Positions 1 to 11,248 of a stretch of DNA of 64,000 nucleotides are shown here, piece after piece. A model generated the notes under the pieces. That model was given only the letters and a program-made list of their open reading frames with translations. It made no database searches and had not been told where the DNA came from. The stretch's first letter is position 1, and every line of letters starts with the position of its first letter. Origin of the DNA: Pristiophorus japonicus (Eukaryota); assembly GCF_044704955.1 (NCBI RefSeq), contig NC_091979.1, forward strand, positions 162,688,001-162,752,000. The letters are read 5' to 3'. Made by a program: the position numbers and the translations under genes.

Positions 1-1134
1 CAAGGTCCCACACAAGAGATTAGTTTGCAAAATTAAGGTACATAGTATTGGGGGTAATGTACTGATGTGGATAGAGAACTGATTGGTAGACAGGAAGCAA
101 AGAGTGGGAATAAAAGGGTCCTTTTCAGAATGGCAGGCAGTGACTAGTGGGGTGCTGCAGGGTTCAGTGCTGGGACCCCAGCTATTTACAATATACATTA
201 ATGATTTAGACGAAGGAATTGAAGGTAATATCTCCAAGTTTGCAGATGACACTAAGCTGGGTGGCAGTGCGAACTGCGAGGAGGATGCTAAGAGGCTGTA
301 GAGTGACTTGGACAGGTTAGGTGAATGGGCAAATGCATGGCAGATGCAGTATAATGTGGATAAGTGTGAGGTTATCCACTTTGGTGGCAAAAACAAGAAG
401 GCAGATTATTATCTGAATGGTGACAGATTAGTAAAAGGGGAGGTACAAAGAGACCTGGGTGTCATGGTACATCAGTCATTAAAGGTAGGCATGCAGGTAC
501 AGCAGGCAGTAAAGAAAGCAAATGGTATACTGGCCTTCACAGCAAGGGGATTTGAGTATAGGAATAGGGAGGTCCGACTGCAGTCGTACAGAGCCTTGGT
601 GAGACCACACCTGGAATATTATGTTAAGTTTTGGTCTCCTAATCTGAGGAAGGACGTTCTTGCTATTGAGGGAGTGCAGCGAAGGTTCACCAGACTGATT
701 CCCGGGATGGCTGAACTGACATATGAGGAAAGACTGGAGGGGATCTCTTAGAAACTTTAAAAATTCTGACAGGGCTGGACAGGGTAGGTGCAGGATGAAT
801 GTTCCTGATGTTGGGGAAGTCCAGAACCAGGGGTCACAGTCTAATGATAAGGGGTAAGCCATATAGGACCGAGATGAGGAGTAACTTTTTCACCCAGAGA
901 GTTGTGAACCTGTGGAATTCTCTACCACAGAAAGTTGTTGAATCCAGTTAGTTGGACATATTCAAAAGGGAGCTAGATGTGGCCCTTATGGCTAAAGGGA
1001 TCAGGGGGTATGGAGAGAAGGTTAGTGTGGGGTCTGAGGTTGCATGATCAGCCATGATCATATTAAATGGCTGTGCAGGCTTGAAGGGCCGAGTGGCCAG
1101 CTCCTGCACCTATTTTCTATATTTCTATGTTTCT
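1..1134 (+). mobile_element. CR1 LINE, 3' part (RT domain of ORF2, degenerate) with 3' UTR and TTTCTATG-type tail
   Basis: ORFs 83-301 and 308-751 carry CR1 RT motifs ([21 protein letters not shown]). In-frame stops and an internal deletion are present. The tail ctattttctatatttctatgtttct ends near 1134. Confidence 0.93.
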
Positions 1135-1800
1135 CTGATTCTTATGATGATTTTCTCAGTGGCAGACAGCAGGGAGAATCCTCTGTAATTGCCACAGTCG
1201 GACTTGTCCCCTTTTTTAAAGATCTTCATGATTACGGCATCTCTGAGATCTCCCGGCATGCTCTCCTCCCTCCAGACAAGTGAGATGAAGTCATGCATTC
1301 ATGCCAACAGTGCTTCTCCAGCATACTTTATTGCCTCAGCGGGGATACCATCTGCTCCTGATGCCTTTAGCTGAAGGAGGCCTTTTCTACCTTGTGCAGG
1401 GCTGGGGTTTTGCTGAGATGGCAGCGGGTAGCCTGCTGCAGGATGGAGATGATGACACTCGTGTTGAAGGCAGAGTCTCAGTTAAGGAGATCTTCGAAGT
1501 GCTCCTTCCAGCGGGCCCTGACTGCCTCGGTCTCCTTCATGAGTGTATCCCTGTTCTTGGCCAGCAATGGGGTGGGGCCTTGGGAGTTTGGATCATAGGT
1601 GGACTTAACTGCGTTGAAGAATCCTCGCAAGTAATGGCTATCGGCCAGCTGCTGAATCTCCTGTACTTTCTCCACCCACCATCGATTCTTTAGGTCGCGG
1701 GTTTTTTGTTGGACCTCAGCTTTCAGCCGGCTGTAGAGCTGATTTGCTGATCCTGAATTGGGTTACTGCTTTAAGTTCAGAAATGCCCTGCACTTGCGGT
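1135..1800 (-). mobile_element. RTE-clade LINE fragment
   Basis: The minus strand reads ...ARWKEHFEDLLN... (ORF 1478-1675) and FKKGDKSDCGNYRGFSLLS, typical of the RTE/BovB region just before the RT domain. Confidence 0.8.
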
Positions 1801-2248
1801 TTATTAGCTCAAAAAGTCAGTTAAGTGTCTGACAACAACCTGATAATGATTTAAATTAGCTCGCCTGCCTCTGCGGTTCGGTTCACTGCCAGGCCAGCAA
1901 ACACGACCGAGGGAAAGGTGTGTGGGCCGGGATGATGGCAGGTTTCCGACCAGCTCACTGATATTACAAATTTCCAACCGGCCCACCTCTGATCATGCTC
2001 GCACGGACCCCAGAAAGATCCGGCCTGACAGTTTGATTCTCATTTTCATGAAGTCAGTATATTTAATTGTCAATATCATGGATAACATTCATTCCAAAAT
2101 GTGCATTTATTGACTTGAAATGTATTCATTCACTGAGGAAAAAATGCTCAACATGAGACTCGAACACTGAGATTTCCATGAGATTTCTACTGATTTCCAC
2201 CACAATCCAAAAATAAATGAATAAAGATGTCTGTCAAGTAAAGGAGAT

Positions 2249-2254
2249 TTTATT
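2249..2254 (-). terminator. Polyadenylation signal AATAAA of crystallin gene 1
   Basis: tttatt on + about 50 nt past the stop. The equivalent position holds AATAAA in gene 2 (20510-20515) and gene 3 (28408-28413) and ATTAAA in gene 4 (45746-45751). Confidence 0.7.
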
Positions 2255-2304
2255 ATTTTCAAGAATATTTCAAAAAGATAAAGCCATTATTTTTCAAGAA
2301 CAAT

Positions 2305-4219
2305 CTAGAAGTCCCTCATGCGTCTGAAAGATCCAATGATTGAGTTGTAGCCGCCCCAGTCACTGAATCTCCTGTATTCACCGGGTCTCATGAAGTACTG
2401 CCTTCCCATGTAGTTGGGATGTTCATAGAAAGCCCAGTAACCGTCCATCACATGGCAGGAGTGAATGTCACGGTAGTGGAAACGATCGTAGACAGAGGGA
2501 CAGTTATCCATGAATTCCATCATCTGTCCTCCAAAGTCAGGCCTCTCGTAAATCCTCATTCTGTAGTTTCCACCTCGGTACTGGAATAGAAATAAAATTA
2601 TATTTTTGTTGAAGCTATAAATGTGTACGAAATGTTGCAAATGATGTTTGTGAACAGCAATCGACAGTTCAATAACATCTATTGAAGCAGCTGATTATTT
2701 GCTAACTGAAATTAATTAAAGCAACAACTGGAGTTGCTCAGCATTGTATTCATTTATTCGAGGCTCAAGCACGTGGGGAGATCCCCTCTGAACTGACCCC
2801 CGTCCGGACGGAATTCCTCATTGGCGCCAAACCCCGGAACCTCCCTCGGGGGCCGGCGCCTCACAACCTGTGCCGCCTCAGGGAAATCCCCTCCGTGCCT
2901 TTCAGTTCCGCGCGGAGGGGTTTCCTGTACGGGCTGCTCCTGCACACTCTCAACTTTGCCATCCTCGCCGGCCGTCCGGACACGCCATGGCGTACCATCT
3001 TGCTGTCCGGAGGAGGCGGGGGTCCCCGATGGAGGGCACTCTATGCGGGAGTCCTCCCACTATTCATCGGGGACTTGGCCTGGAGGGTGGTGCACGGAGC
3101 AGTGCCGTGCAACAAATTTTTAAGCCGGTTCACGGACTCCCAGGCCGTCTGCAATTTCTGCGGTCTGGAGGAGTCCGTGTTCCATGTTTTTATTGAGTGC
3201 ACGAGGTTGCAGCCCCTGTTTCATTATTTAAAGGGGCTGCTCCTGAAATTCTGGCTGCACTTCAGTCCCACTCTCCTGATCTTTGGGCACCCTGTGCGGA
3301 GGGGAGCGGGTAGGTCTGAGGGCCTCCTCGTAGGACTGCTCCTGGGCACGACCAAGGGTGCCATCAGCCGGTCCAGGCAGCGGGCGGTCGAGGGGGTCGT
3401 TCAACCTGACTGCCTGCCTCTCTTCCGCTCTTACATCCGGTCCAGGGTGTCCTTGGAGATGGAGCACGCGGTGTCCACCGGTACGCTCGCGGCCTTCCGC
3501 GAGAGGTGGGCACCGGAGGGACTGGAGTGCATCATCACGCCCGGCAACCAAATTTTAATTTGATTTTACGTTTTAAAGTTTAATTTGTTTTAATTGCCGG
3601 TGCTTTTAGTGTCCCCCTCCCCTTTTATAGGGGGCACTGGAGGAAAAAATGTGATTTTAGTGCCCAAAAAAAAACCAAAAAGAAAAGAAAATCACAAAAA
3701 AAAACACAAAAAAGAAAAAAAAAAGGGGCCTTGTAAATGTCTGGTGTGTCATCCAGGTCGGGTGGCACCGATTAATGTTTTATGTTTTTCAGATAAACTC
3801 CAAAAAGAGTTTCATTTATTCGATCTCGATTTGATTAAAACACATTGAACCATCAAATGATAACTTACATAAGGGTAGTTCCGACATGATCTGATGTTGT
3901 CATTGAATCCCATCCAGCGTTGGTAGTCAGGATATTCTCCCCTGCTCAGAACATACTGGTATCCCATGTAATTGGGTCTCTCATACCCCACCCACCAGTC
4001 ACTCTCCACACGGATGGAGTTACAGCGGCTGAAGTAAGGGGACAGGTCAGCACAGTCAGTACTGCACTCGTAGTGCCGACCCTGGAAGTTCCTGTCCTCG
4101 TAAAAGATGATCTGTGGAAAGATAGAGATTTGTAAATTAATAATTTCTCAAACAAGGAGATACTTAATGAAGAATTCTAATACAATGTGTAATATCTGAG
4201 ATGTCCTTGCCTTTCCCAT
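2305..4219 (-). CDS. cryg: Gamma-crystallin (shark gamma-S1-like), copy 1; exons 4219-4211, 4111-3869, 2580-2305; 175 aa
   Basis: Spliced protein MGK|[81 protein letters not shown]|[23 protein letters not shown]...GSFRRMRDF*. It has four Greek-key motifs and the canonical gamma-crystallin three-exon layout with phase-0 introns. The intron 1 donor is GC and the intron 2 donor is GTAAGT. Confidence 0.96.
2762..3810 (+). mobile_element. Tx1/L1-like non-LTR retrotransposon, 5'-truncated, in intron 2 of gene 1
   Basis: ORF 2895-3563 has a C-terminal zf-RVT knuckle ([17 protein letters not shown]). The element is GC/CpG-rich with an A-rich 3' UTR. A 13-bp TSD TTCATTTATTCGA lies at 2749-2761 and 3811-3823, and paralogous introns show the empty site. 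Confidence 0.88.
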
Positions 4220-4278
4220 TTTGAGCTCACAGTTAGTTTAGTAACTGACTGAATGTTTCACCGCTTCACACAGCTTGG

Positions 4279-4455
4279 TATTTATACACTGGGCAGAAAG
4301 GCCTCCCTGGGCTGTACTTTTGTTATTCTAATGGTTCAGGACTAAAAATCAGCAAAAATTTACAATACACATGTTCCATTTATTGTAGAAAAACACCTGA
4401 AAGACTCCTGATGTGTCATTGATTCTTTCCCTTTTGCCGTCATGTCACTTTAATT
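4279..4455 (-). promoter_or_regulatory. Crystallin gene 1 proximal promoter (TATAAATA 4279-4286; AT-rich half-MARE TGCTGA 4349-4354; Sox-like TTTTGTT)
   Basis: The TATA box is about 60 nt upstream of the ATG. The block is nearly identical upstream of all four genes. Confidence 0.8.
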
Positions 4456-4529
4456 GTTGTTTGAACATAACAGTTCTGGAACAGTCACAGCTCTAAAATC
4501 ACACAGTTCTGTTCCAAATACTTTAGTGT

Positions 4530-6295
4530 TTTCCTCCTCCACACTCATCTCCAACAACATGTGCGAGGAGCTCATGAACTTCCTTGTCACTAAAGTTGAG
4601 AAGATAGGTTCATCAGTGTCTGCCGCTTCACTCCCTCCACCCAGCCCACTGGGCCAAACTTCAACTATGGTTCCCCCTGCCCTAGCCCTGAACTCACATT
4701 TTCTCTTGTTTCTCCCCGACCTGCTCTCATGCCCTCTCCAAGCAGAGCTTGTCCATGAGACCCACTTACAGCTCCCTCAACCCTATTCCCACCAAACTGC
4801 GACCACCCAACTTCCCTTCCTGGCCCCCATGCTAGCTGATATTGTGAAAGGTTCTCTTCAGGTACTGTCCCCTTCCCCTTCAAATCAGTTGTCATCTCCC
4901 CCTCCTCAAAAAACAGACACTTGACTCCTCTCTCCATGCAAACCACTGCCGCATCTCCCACCGCCCTTTCACTCCAAAATCAATGAATGTGCTGTCGCTT
5001 CCCAAATCCGTGCCCACCATTCCTGGAACTCCATGTTTGAATCCCTCTAATAAGGTTTCTGCCCCTGCCACAGTACTGAAACAGCCCTTAGCAAAGTCAC
5101 AAATTACATCCTTTATGACTGTGACTCAGGTTATCCTTTCTCATTGTCCTCGAATTTTCTGCAGCCTTTGACACAGTTGACCACATAATCCTCCTCCAAA
5201 GCCTCTTGTCCATCGTCCAGCTGAGTGGGACTGCACTCAACTGGATCCATTCGTATCTATCTAATCATAGCTAGAGAATTAGCTGCGATGGTGTCTCTTC
5301 ATGCATCCGCAGTGTTAACTCTGGTGTCCCCCAAGGATCTGTCCTTGGCCCCTCCTATTTATCATCTACATGTTACCCTTCCACGACATAATCTGAAATA
5401 ATGTTTCTACTTGTCACATTGATTGTCCGGCATCCAGTACTGGTTGAGCAGAAATTTCCTTCAACTAAATATGGAAAGTCCAAAGCCTTTTTCCCCACCA
5501 CAAATCCATTCCTTTGCCACCACCTCCATCCTTCTATCTGAGGCTGAAACATACTTTGAGCAATCTTAGTGTCGTATTTAAACCCGAGATTATCTTCCGA
5601 CCACATATCTGCTCCATCACCAGGCCTGCATACTTTCACCTCCGTAACATCGTCCAATTCCGCCCTGCCTCATCTCATCTTCTGCTAAAACTCTCATCCA
5701 TGCCTTTGTTACCACTAAAATTGACAATTCCAATTGATTCCTGGTCAGCCTCCCATCTTCCACTCTCCATAAACATAAACTCATCCAAATCTCTGCTGCC
5801 CAGATCCCAACTCGCACCAAGTCCCATTCACCCATCACCCCCTGTGCTCGCTGACCTACATTGGCTCCTGTTTCAGCAACATCTCGATTTTAAAATTATT
5901 ATTCTTGTTATTAAATCCTTCCATAGCCCCACCTTCCCTATCTCTATAATCTCCTCCAGTCCGACAACCCGACACGATTTCTGCACTCCTGCAATTCTGG
6001 CCTCTTGCACATCCCCGTTTTTAATTGTTCCACCATTAACAGGCTTGCTTTCAGCTGCAACAGCGCTAAACTTTGGAATTCCCTCCCTAATCCTCTCCGC
6101 CTCTCTACCTCTCCTCCCTCCTTTAAGACGTTCCTTAAAACCTACCTTTTTGACCAAGCTTTTGTTCATCTGCCCAAATATCAACTTAAGTGGCTCGGTG
6201 TCAAATTTTATTTGATAATGCTCCTGTGAAGGACCTTTGGATGTTTCACTATGCTATAGTCACTATATAATGGCAATTTTTTGTTGTTGTTGTTC
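4530..6295 (+). mobile_element. Old L2 LINE fragment (degenerate RT and 3' end), part of the duplicated unit
   Basis: C-rich L2 RT remnants (AFDTVDH, SGVPQGSVLGP, LHWL). The L2-type 3' end reads ctcctgtgaag...tatat...ttgttgttg. Confidence 0.8.
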
Positions 6296-6950
6296 GGCAA
6301 CAGCATGGTTCTGCTCACAAACTGGCCAAGGTGAAGACATATATATCTGGAGCACGTTGCTCGATTATGGCCTTCGACACAACTGGTTGGCTTTATTTTC
6401 CTGATTGTGCCACTGTCCCTTCCCAAAATCCTTCATGCAAGGATATCATGGCAGGCAACAATCAGATGATTTTATTGCCTTCATGTGCAGCCATATTGTG
6501 GGTGGTGTTTATAAACAGAAATACTTGGTTTGTATATTTTAAACAGAGCCTTGCATATAAATGTGCTGTCCTGTTTTTGTTTTCAATTTCGGTTCAACTA
6601 ATAGGAATATTAGAATAGGAAAGAGAATGATAGAAACTTAAGATATAGAAGACAGCGACAGGGATCGGGAATCATTTTAGGTGTGGTTATCCTGAGGGCA
6701 AAGGGTTAAACGCAGATAGGTCACCTTGGCAAAAGAAGTTGGTGAAGGAGCAGTAAATAGATTTTAGAAAAAGCTTGCTGTGTGATAGGACATTGTTCTC
6801 CAATCTCTAGCCTCCACGATCTCTAATATTCTGGTGCAGTCTTTCTCATGTAACTGAGGTTGGCTGAATATTGTGGAGTGTTGCTTGATTATCATTCAGA
6901 AGCACAGAGTGTTTATGTTGAGCTTTCCTCAGAATAATAGAGTTTGGGTT

Positions 6951-7016
6951 ATAAAAACAGAAAATGCTGGAAATCTCAATGGGTCAGGCAGCATCTGGGG
7001 AGAGAAAGAGAGAGAG
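6951..7016 (-). mobile_element. Inverted terminal piece of a Penelope-like element (reverse complement of ~11113-11170)
   Basis: ataaaaacagaaaatgctggaaatctcaatgggtcaggcagcatctg is the reverse complement of the pLTR-like end at ~11.1 kb. Inverted pLTR fragments are typical of Penelope insertions. Confidence 0.6.
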
Positions 7017-7139
7017 AAAACAAGACATAAGATCATGGGGAGGGGGAGGGGCAGTTAAAGAAAAAGGAGGAAAGGGAGCAAAATATGGGCAGAGCTTGGT
7101 CTGAATTTTGTTCCCTTTCCTCCTTTTTTTGTAATCCCC

Positions 7140-10100
7140 TGCATTCCCTCCCCCTGCAAAACAGATACACTGCTTTGGGTAATGTTGGGGGAGATGACTC
7201 ATCAGGGGAGAGCAGCAGCAGCCAAGTTCATGGCACCCTGGGTGGTTCTGTTGCACAGGAGGGCAGGAAAAAGAGTGGGAGAGCTATAGTGATAGGGGAT
7301 TCTACTGTAAGGGGTATAGATAGGCGTTTCTGCTGCAGCAACTGAGACTCCATGATGGTATGTTGCCTCCCTGGTGCAAGGGTCAAGGATGTTTCGGAGC
7401 AGGTGCAGGACATTTTGAAGAGGGAGGGTGAACAGCCAGTTGTCGTGGTGCATATAGGTACCAATGATATAGGTAAAAAACGGGATGAAGTCCTCCAAGA
7501 TGAATTTAGGGAGCTAGGAGCTAAATTAAAAAGTAGGACCTCAAAAGTAGTAATCTCAGGATTGCTACCATTGCCACGTGCTAGTCAGAGTAGGAATCGC
7601 AGGATAGCTCAGATGTATACATGGCTTGAGGAATGGTGCAGAAGGGAGGGATTCAAATTCCTGGGACATTGGAACCGGTTCTGGGGGAGGAGGGACCAGT
7701 ACAAACCGAATGGTCTGCACCTGGGCAGGACCGGAACCAATGTCCTAGGTGGAGTGTTTGCTCGTGCTGTTGGGGAGAGGATAAACTAATATGGCAGGGA
7801 GATGGGAACCTATGCAGGGAGACAGAGGGAAGTAGAATGGGGGAAGAAACAAAAGATAGAAAGAAGTAAAGTAAAAGTGGAGGGCAGAGAAACCCAAGGC
7901 AAAAAGCAAAAAGGGCCACATTACAGCAAAATTCTAAAGGGGCAAAGTGTGTTAAAAAGACAAGCCTGAAGGCTCTGTGCAGTATTTGGAATAAGGTGGA
8001 TGAATTAACTGCGCAGATAGCAGTTAACAGATATGATGTAATTGGCATCACGGAGACATGGCTCCAGGGTGACCAAGGCTGGGAACTCAACATCCAGGGG
8101 TATTCAACATTTAGGAAGGATAGACAGAAAGGAAAATGAGGTGGGGTGGCGTTGCTGATTAAAGACGAAATTAATGAAATAGTAAGGAAGGACATTAGCC
8201 TGGATGGTGCGGTTTCTGTATGGGTGGAGCTATGGAAGACCAAAGGGCAGAAAATGCTAGTGGGAGTTGTGTACAGACCACCAAACAGTAATGGTGAAGT
8301 TGGGGACAGCATCAAACAAGAAATAAGGGATGTGTGCAATAAAGGTACAGCAGTTATCATGGGAGACTTTAATGTACATATTGATTGGGCTAACCAAACT
8401 GGTAGCAATGCGGTGGAGGAGGATTTCCTGGAGTGTATTAGGGATAGTTTTCTAGACCAATATGTCGAGGAACCAGCTAGAGGGCTGGCCATCCTAGACT
8501 GGGTGATGTGTAATGAGAAAGGACTAATTAACAATCTTGTTGTGCGAGGCCCCTTGGGGAAGAGTGACCACAATATGGTAGAATTCTTTATTAAGATGGA
8601 GAGTGGCACAGTTAATTCAGAGACTAGGGTCCTGAACTTGGGGAGACGTAACTTCGATGGTATGAGACATGAATTGGCTAGAATAGACTGGCAAGTGATA
8701 CTTAAAGGGTTGACGGTGGATAGGCAATGGCAAACATTTAAAGATGACATGGATGAACTTCAACAATTGTACATCCCTGTCTGGAGTAAAAATAAAATGG
8801 GGAGGTGGCTCAACCGTGGCTAACAAGGGAAATTAAGGATAGTGTTAAATCCAAGGAAGAGGCATATAAATTGGCCAGAAAAAGCAGCAAACCTGAGGAC
8901 TGGGAGAATTTTGTAATACAGCAGAGGAGGATAAAGGGTTTAATTTGGAGGGGGAAAATAGAGTATGAGAGGAAGCTTGCTGGGAACATAAAAAATGACT
9001 GCCAAAGCTTCTATCGATATGTGAAGAGAAAAATATTAGTGAAAACAAATGTAGGTCCCTTGCAGTCAGATTCAGATGAATTTATAATGGGGAACAAAGA
9101 AATGGCGGACCAGTTAAACAAATACTTTGGTTCTGTTTTCACGAAGGAAGACACAAATAACCATCCGGAAATAGTAGGAGACAAAGGGTCTAGTGAGAAG
9201 GAGGAACTGAAGGATATCTTTATAAAGCGGAAAATTGTGTTCGGGAAATTGATGGGATTGAAGCTCGATAAATCCCCGGGGCCTGATAGTTTGCATCCCA
9301 GAGCACTTAAGGAAGTGGCCCTAGAAATAGTGGATGCGTTGGTGATCATTTTCCAACGGTCTATCGACTCTGGATCAGTTCCTATGGACTGGAATGTAGC
9401 TAACGTAACACCACTGTTTAAAAAAGGAGGGAGAGAGAAAACGGGTAATTATAGATCAGTTAGCCTGACATCAGTCATGGGGAAAATGTTGGAATCAATT
9501 ATTAAAGATGAAATAACAGCGCATTTGGAAAGCAGTGACAAGATCTGTCCAAATCAGCATGGATTTATGAAAACGAAATCCTGCTTGACAAATCTTCTGG
9601 AATTTTTTGAGGATGTAACTAGTAGAATGGACAAGGGAGAACCAGTGAATGTGGTGTATCTGGACCTTCAAAAGGCTTTTGACAAGGTCCCACAAAAGAG
9701 ATTGCAGAGCAAAATTAAAGCACATGGTATTGGGGATAATGTACTGACATGGATAGAGAATTGGTTGACAGACAGGAAGCAGAGAGTTGGGAAAAATGGT
9801 CCTTTTCAGAATGCCAGGAAGTGACTAGTGGAGTGCCGCAGGGCTCAGTGCTGGGACCCCAGCTATTTACAATGTACATTAATGATTTGGATGAGGGAAT
9901 TGGGTGTAATATCTCCAAGTTTACAGATGACACTAAGCTGGGTGACAGTGTGAGCTGTGAGGAGGACACTAAAAGGCTGCAGGGTGACTTGGACAGGTTA
10001 GGTGAGTGGGCAAATGCATGGCAGATGCAGTATAATGTGGATAAATGTGAGATTATCCACTTTGGTGGCAAAAACACGAAGGCAGAATATTATCTTAATG

Positions 10101-10840
10101 GTCGCAGGTTAGGAAAAGGGGAGGTGCAACGAGACCTTGGTGTCATGGTACATCCGTCATTGAAAGTTGGCATGCAGGTAGAGCAGGTGATGAAGAAGGC
10201 AAATGGTATGTTGGTCTTTATTGCTAGGGGATTTGAGTATAGGAGCAGGGAGGTCTTACTGCAGCTGTACAGGGCCTTAGTGAGGCCTCACCTGGAATAT
10301 TGTGTTCAGTTTTGGCCTCCTAATCTTAGGAAGGACATTCTTGCTATTGAGGGAGTGCAGTGAAGATTCACCAGACTGCTACCCGGGATGGCAGGACTGA
10401 CATATGAGGAGAGACTGGCTCGACTGGGCTTGTATTCACTGGAGTTTAGAAGGATGAGAGGGGATCTCATAGAAACATATAAAATTCTGACGGGACTGGA
10501 CAGGTTAGATGCAGGAAGAATGTTCCCGATGTTGGGGAAATCCAGACCAATGGACACAGTCTAAGGATCAGGGGTAAGCCATTTAGGACTGAGATGAGGA
10601 GAAACTTCTTCACTCAGAGAGTTGTTAACCTGTGGAATTCCCTACCCCTGAGAATCGTTGATGCCAGTTCATTTTATATATTCAAGATGGAGTTACAACT
10701 AAAGGGATCAAGGGGTATGGAGAGAAAGCAGGAAAGGGGTACTGAGGTGAATGATCAGCCATGATGTTATTGAATGGTGGTGCAGGCTCAAAGGGCTGAA
10801 TGGCCTACTCCTGCACCTATTTTCTATGTTTCTATGTTTC
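7140..10840 (+). mobile_element. Near full-length CR1 LINE (ORF1 SGNH esterase, ORF2 APE endonuclease-RT), inactivated
   Basis: Esterase motifs GDS...GTND...GLH (7290-7789), endonuclease motifs ETW, YRPP, GDFN, SDH (8040-8600), and RT motifs QHGF, AFDKV, QGSVLGP. Several stops and frameshifts are present, with a TTTCTATG tail near 10840. Confidence 0.94.
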
Positions 10841-10844
10841 TGTG

Positions 10845-11203
10845 TTTCCCCGATCTTACGTATTTTTTTCTCTTTCTTTCACATGACAGCTGGTAATTAT
10901 TGCACCATTCACACCCTGTTTAGACTCAGCTTTTTCTAACTTCTGCCATTACCATCATCCCTTTTGTCTTTCAAATTTCTCGTCTTCCAACCTATCACAG
11001 ACCTTCACTTTTATTCTTTCCTCCCCTCCCCCTTTCAGTGCTCCTTAAGAATCTGTTAATTTTGAACTTTTCCACTTCTAACGAAGGGTCACAGACCTGA
11101 AACATAAACATGTTTCTCTCCACAGATGCTGCCTGACCCACTGAGATTTCCAGCATTTTCTGTTTTTATTTCAGAGTCCAGCATCCACATTATTTTGCTT
11201 TTG
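10845..11203 (+). mobile_element. Penelope-like element 3' terminal repeat with decayed hammerhead ribozyme core (11078-11106)
   Basis: Pyrimidine-rich pLTR-like sequence ending ...cagatgctgcctgacccactgagatttccagcattttctgtttttatttcag.... It contains CTAACGA-agggtc-aca-gacct-GAAAC. Confidence 0.6.
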
Positions 11204-11248
11204 AAATAGAGTTCTTGATAGATTAGCTTGTGCATCGTCTGTGGAAGG

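Noticed and set aside
1850-2025. GC-rich segment resembling 38310-38470, possibly a Harbinger/MITE end
   Set aside because: Only one terminus and no TSD found, so it is too weak to call as a feature.
2581-2640. N-terminal extensions in the ORF track for crystallin exon 3 (MQHFVH..., MKNIIL..., MILFLFQ...)
   Set aside because: They are intron sequence read through the acceptor ttctattccag, not real starts.
3594-3848. Lys-rich ORF ([13 protein letters not shown]...)
   Set aside because: It is a translation of the A-rich Tx1 3' UTR.
4454-4924. Divergent + strand ORF MLFEHNSSG... upstream of genes 1-3, resembling a bidirectional partner gene
   Set aside because: It has a TTG start, lengths differ (156, 76, 69 aa), and it runs into the L2 fossil. 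The similarity is explained by duplication.
7653-8750. 365-aa minus-strand ORF and similar antisense ORFs over CR1 copies (e.g. MSSWLNMQLQYP... recurring three times)
   Set aside because: These are antisense shadows of CR1 ORF2. They recur only because the repeat recurs.
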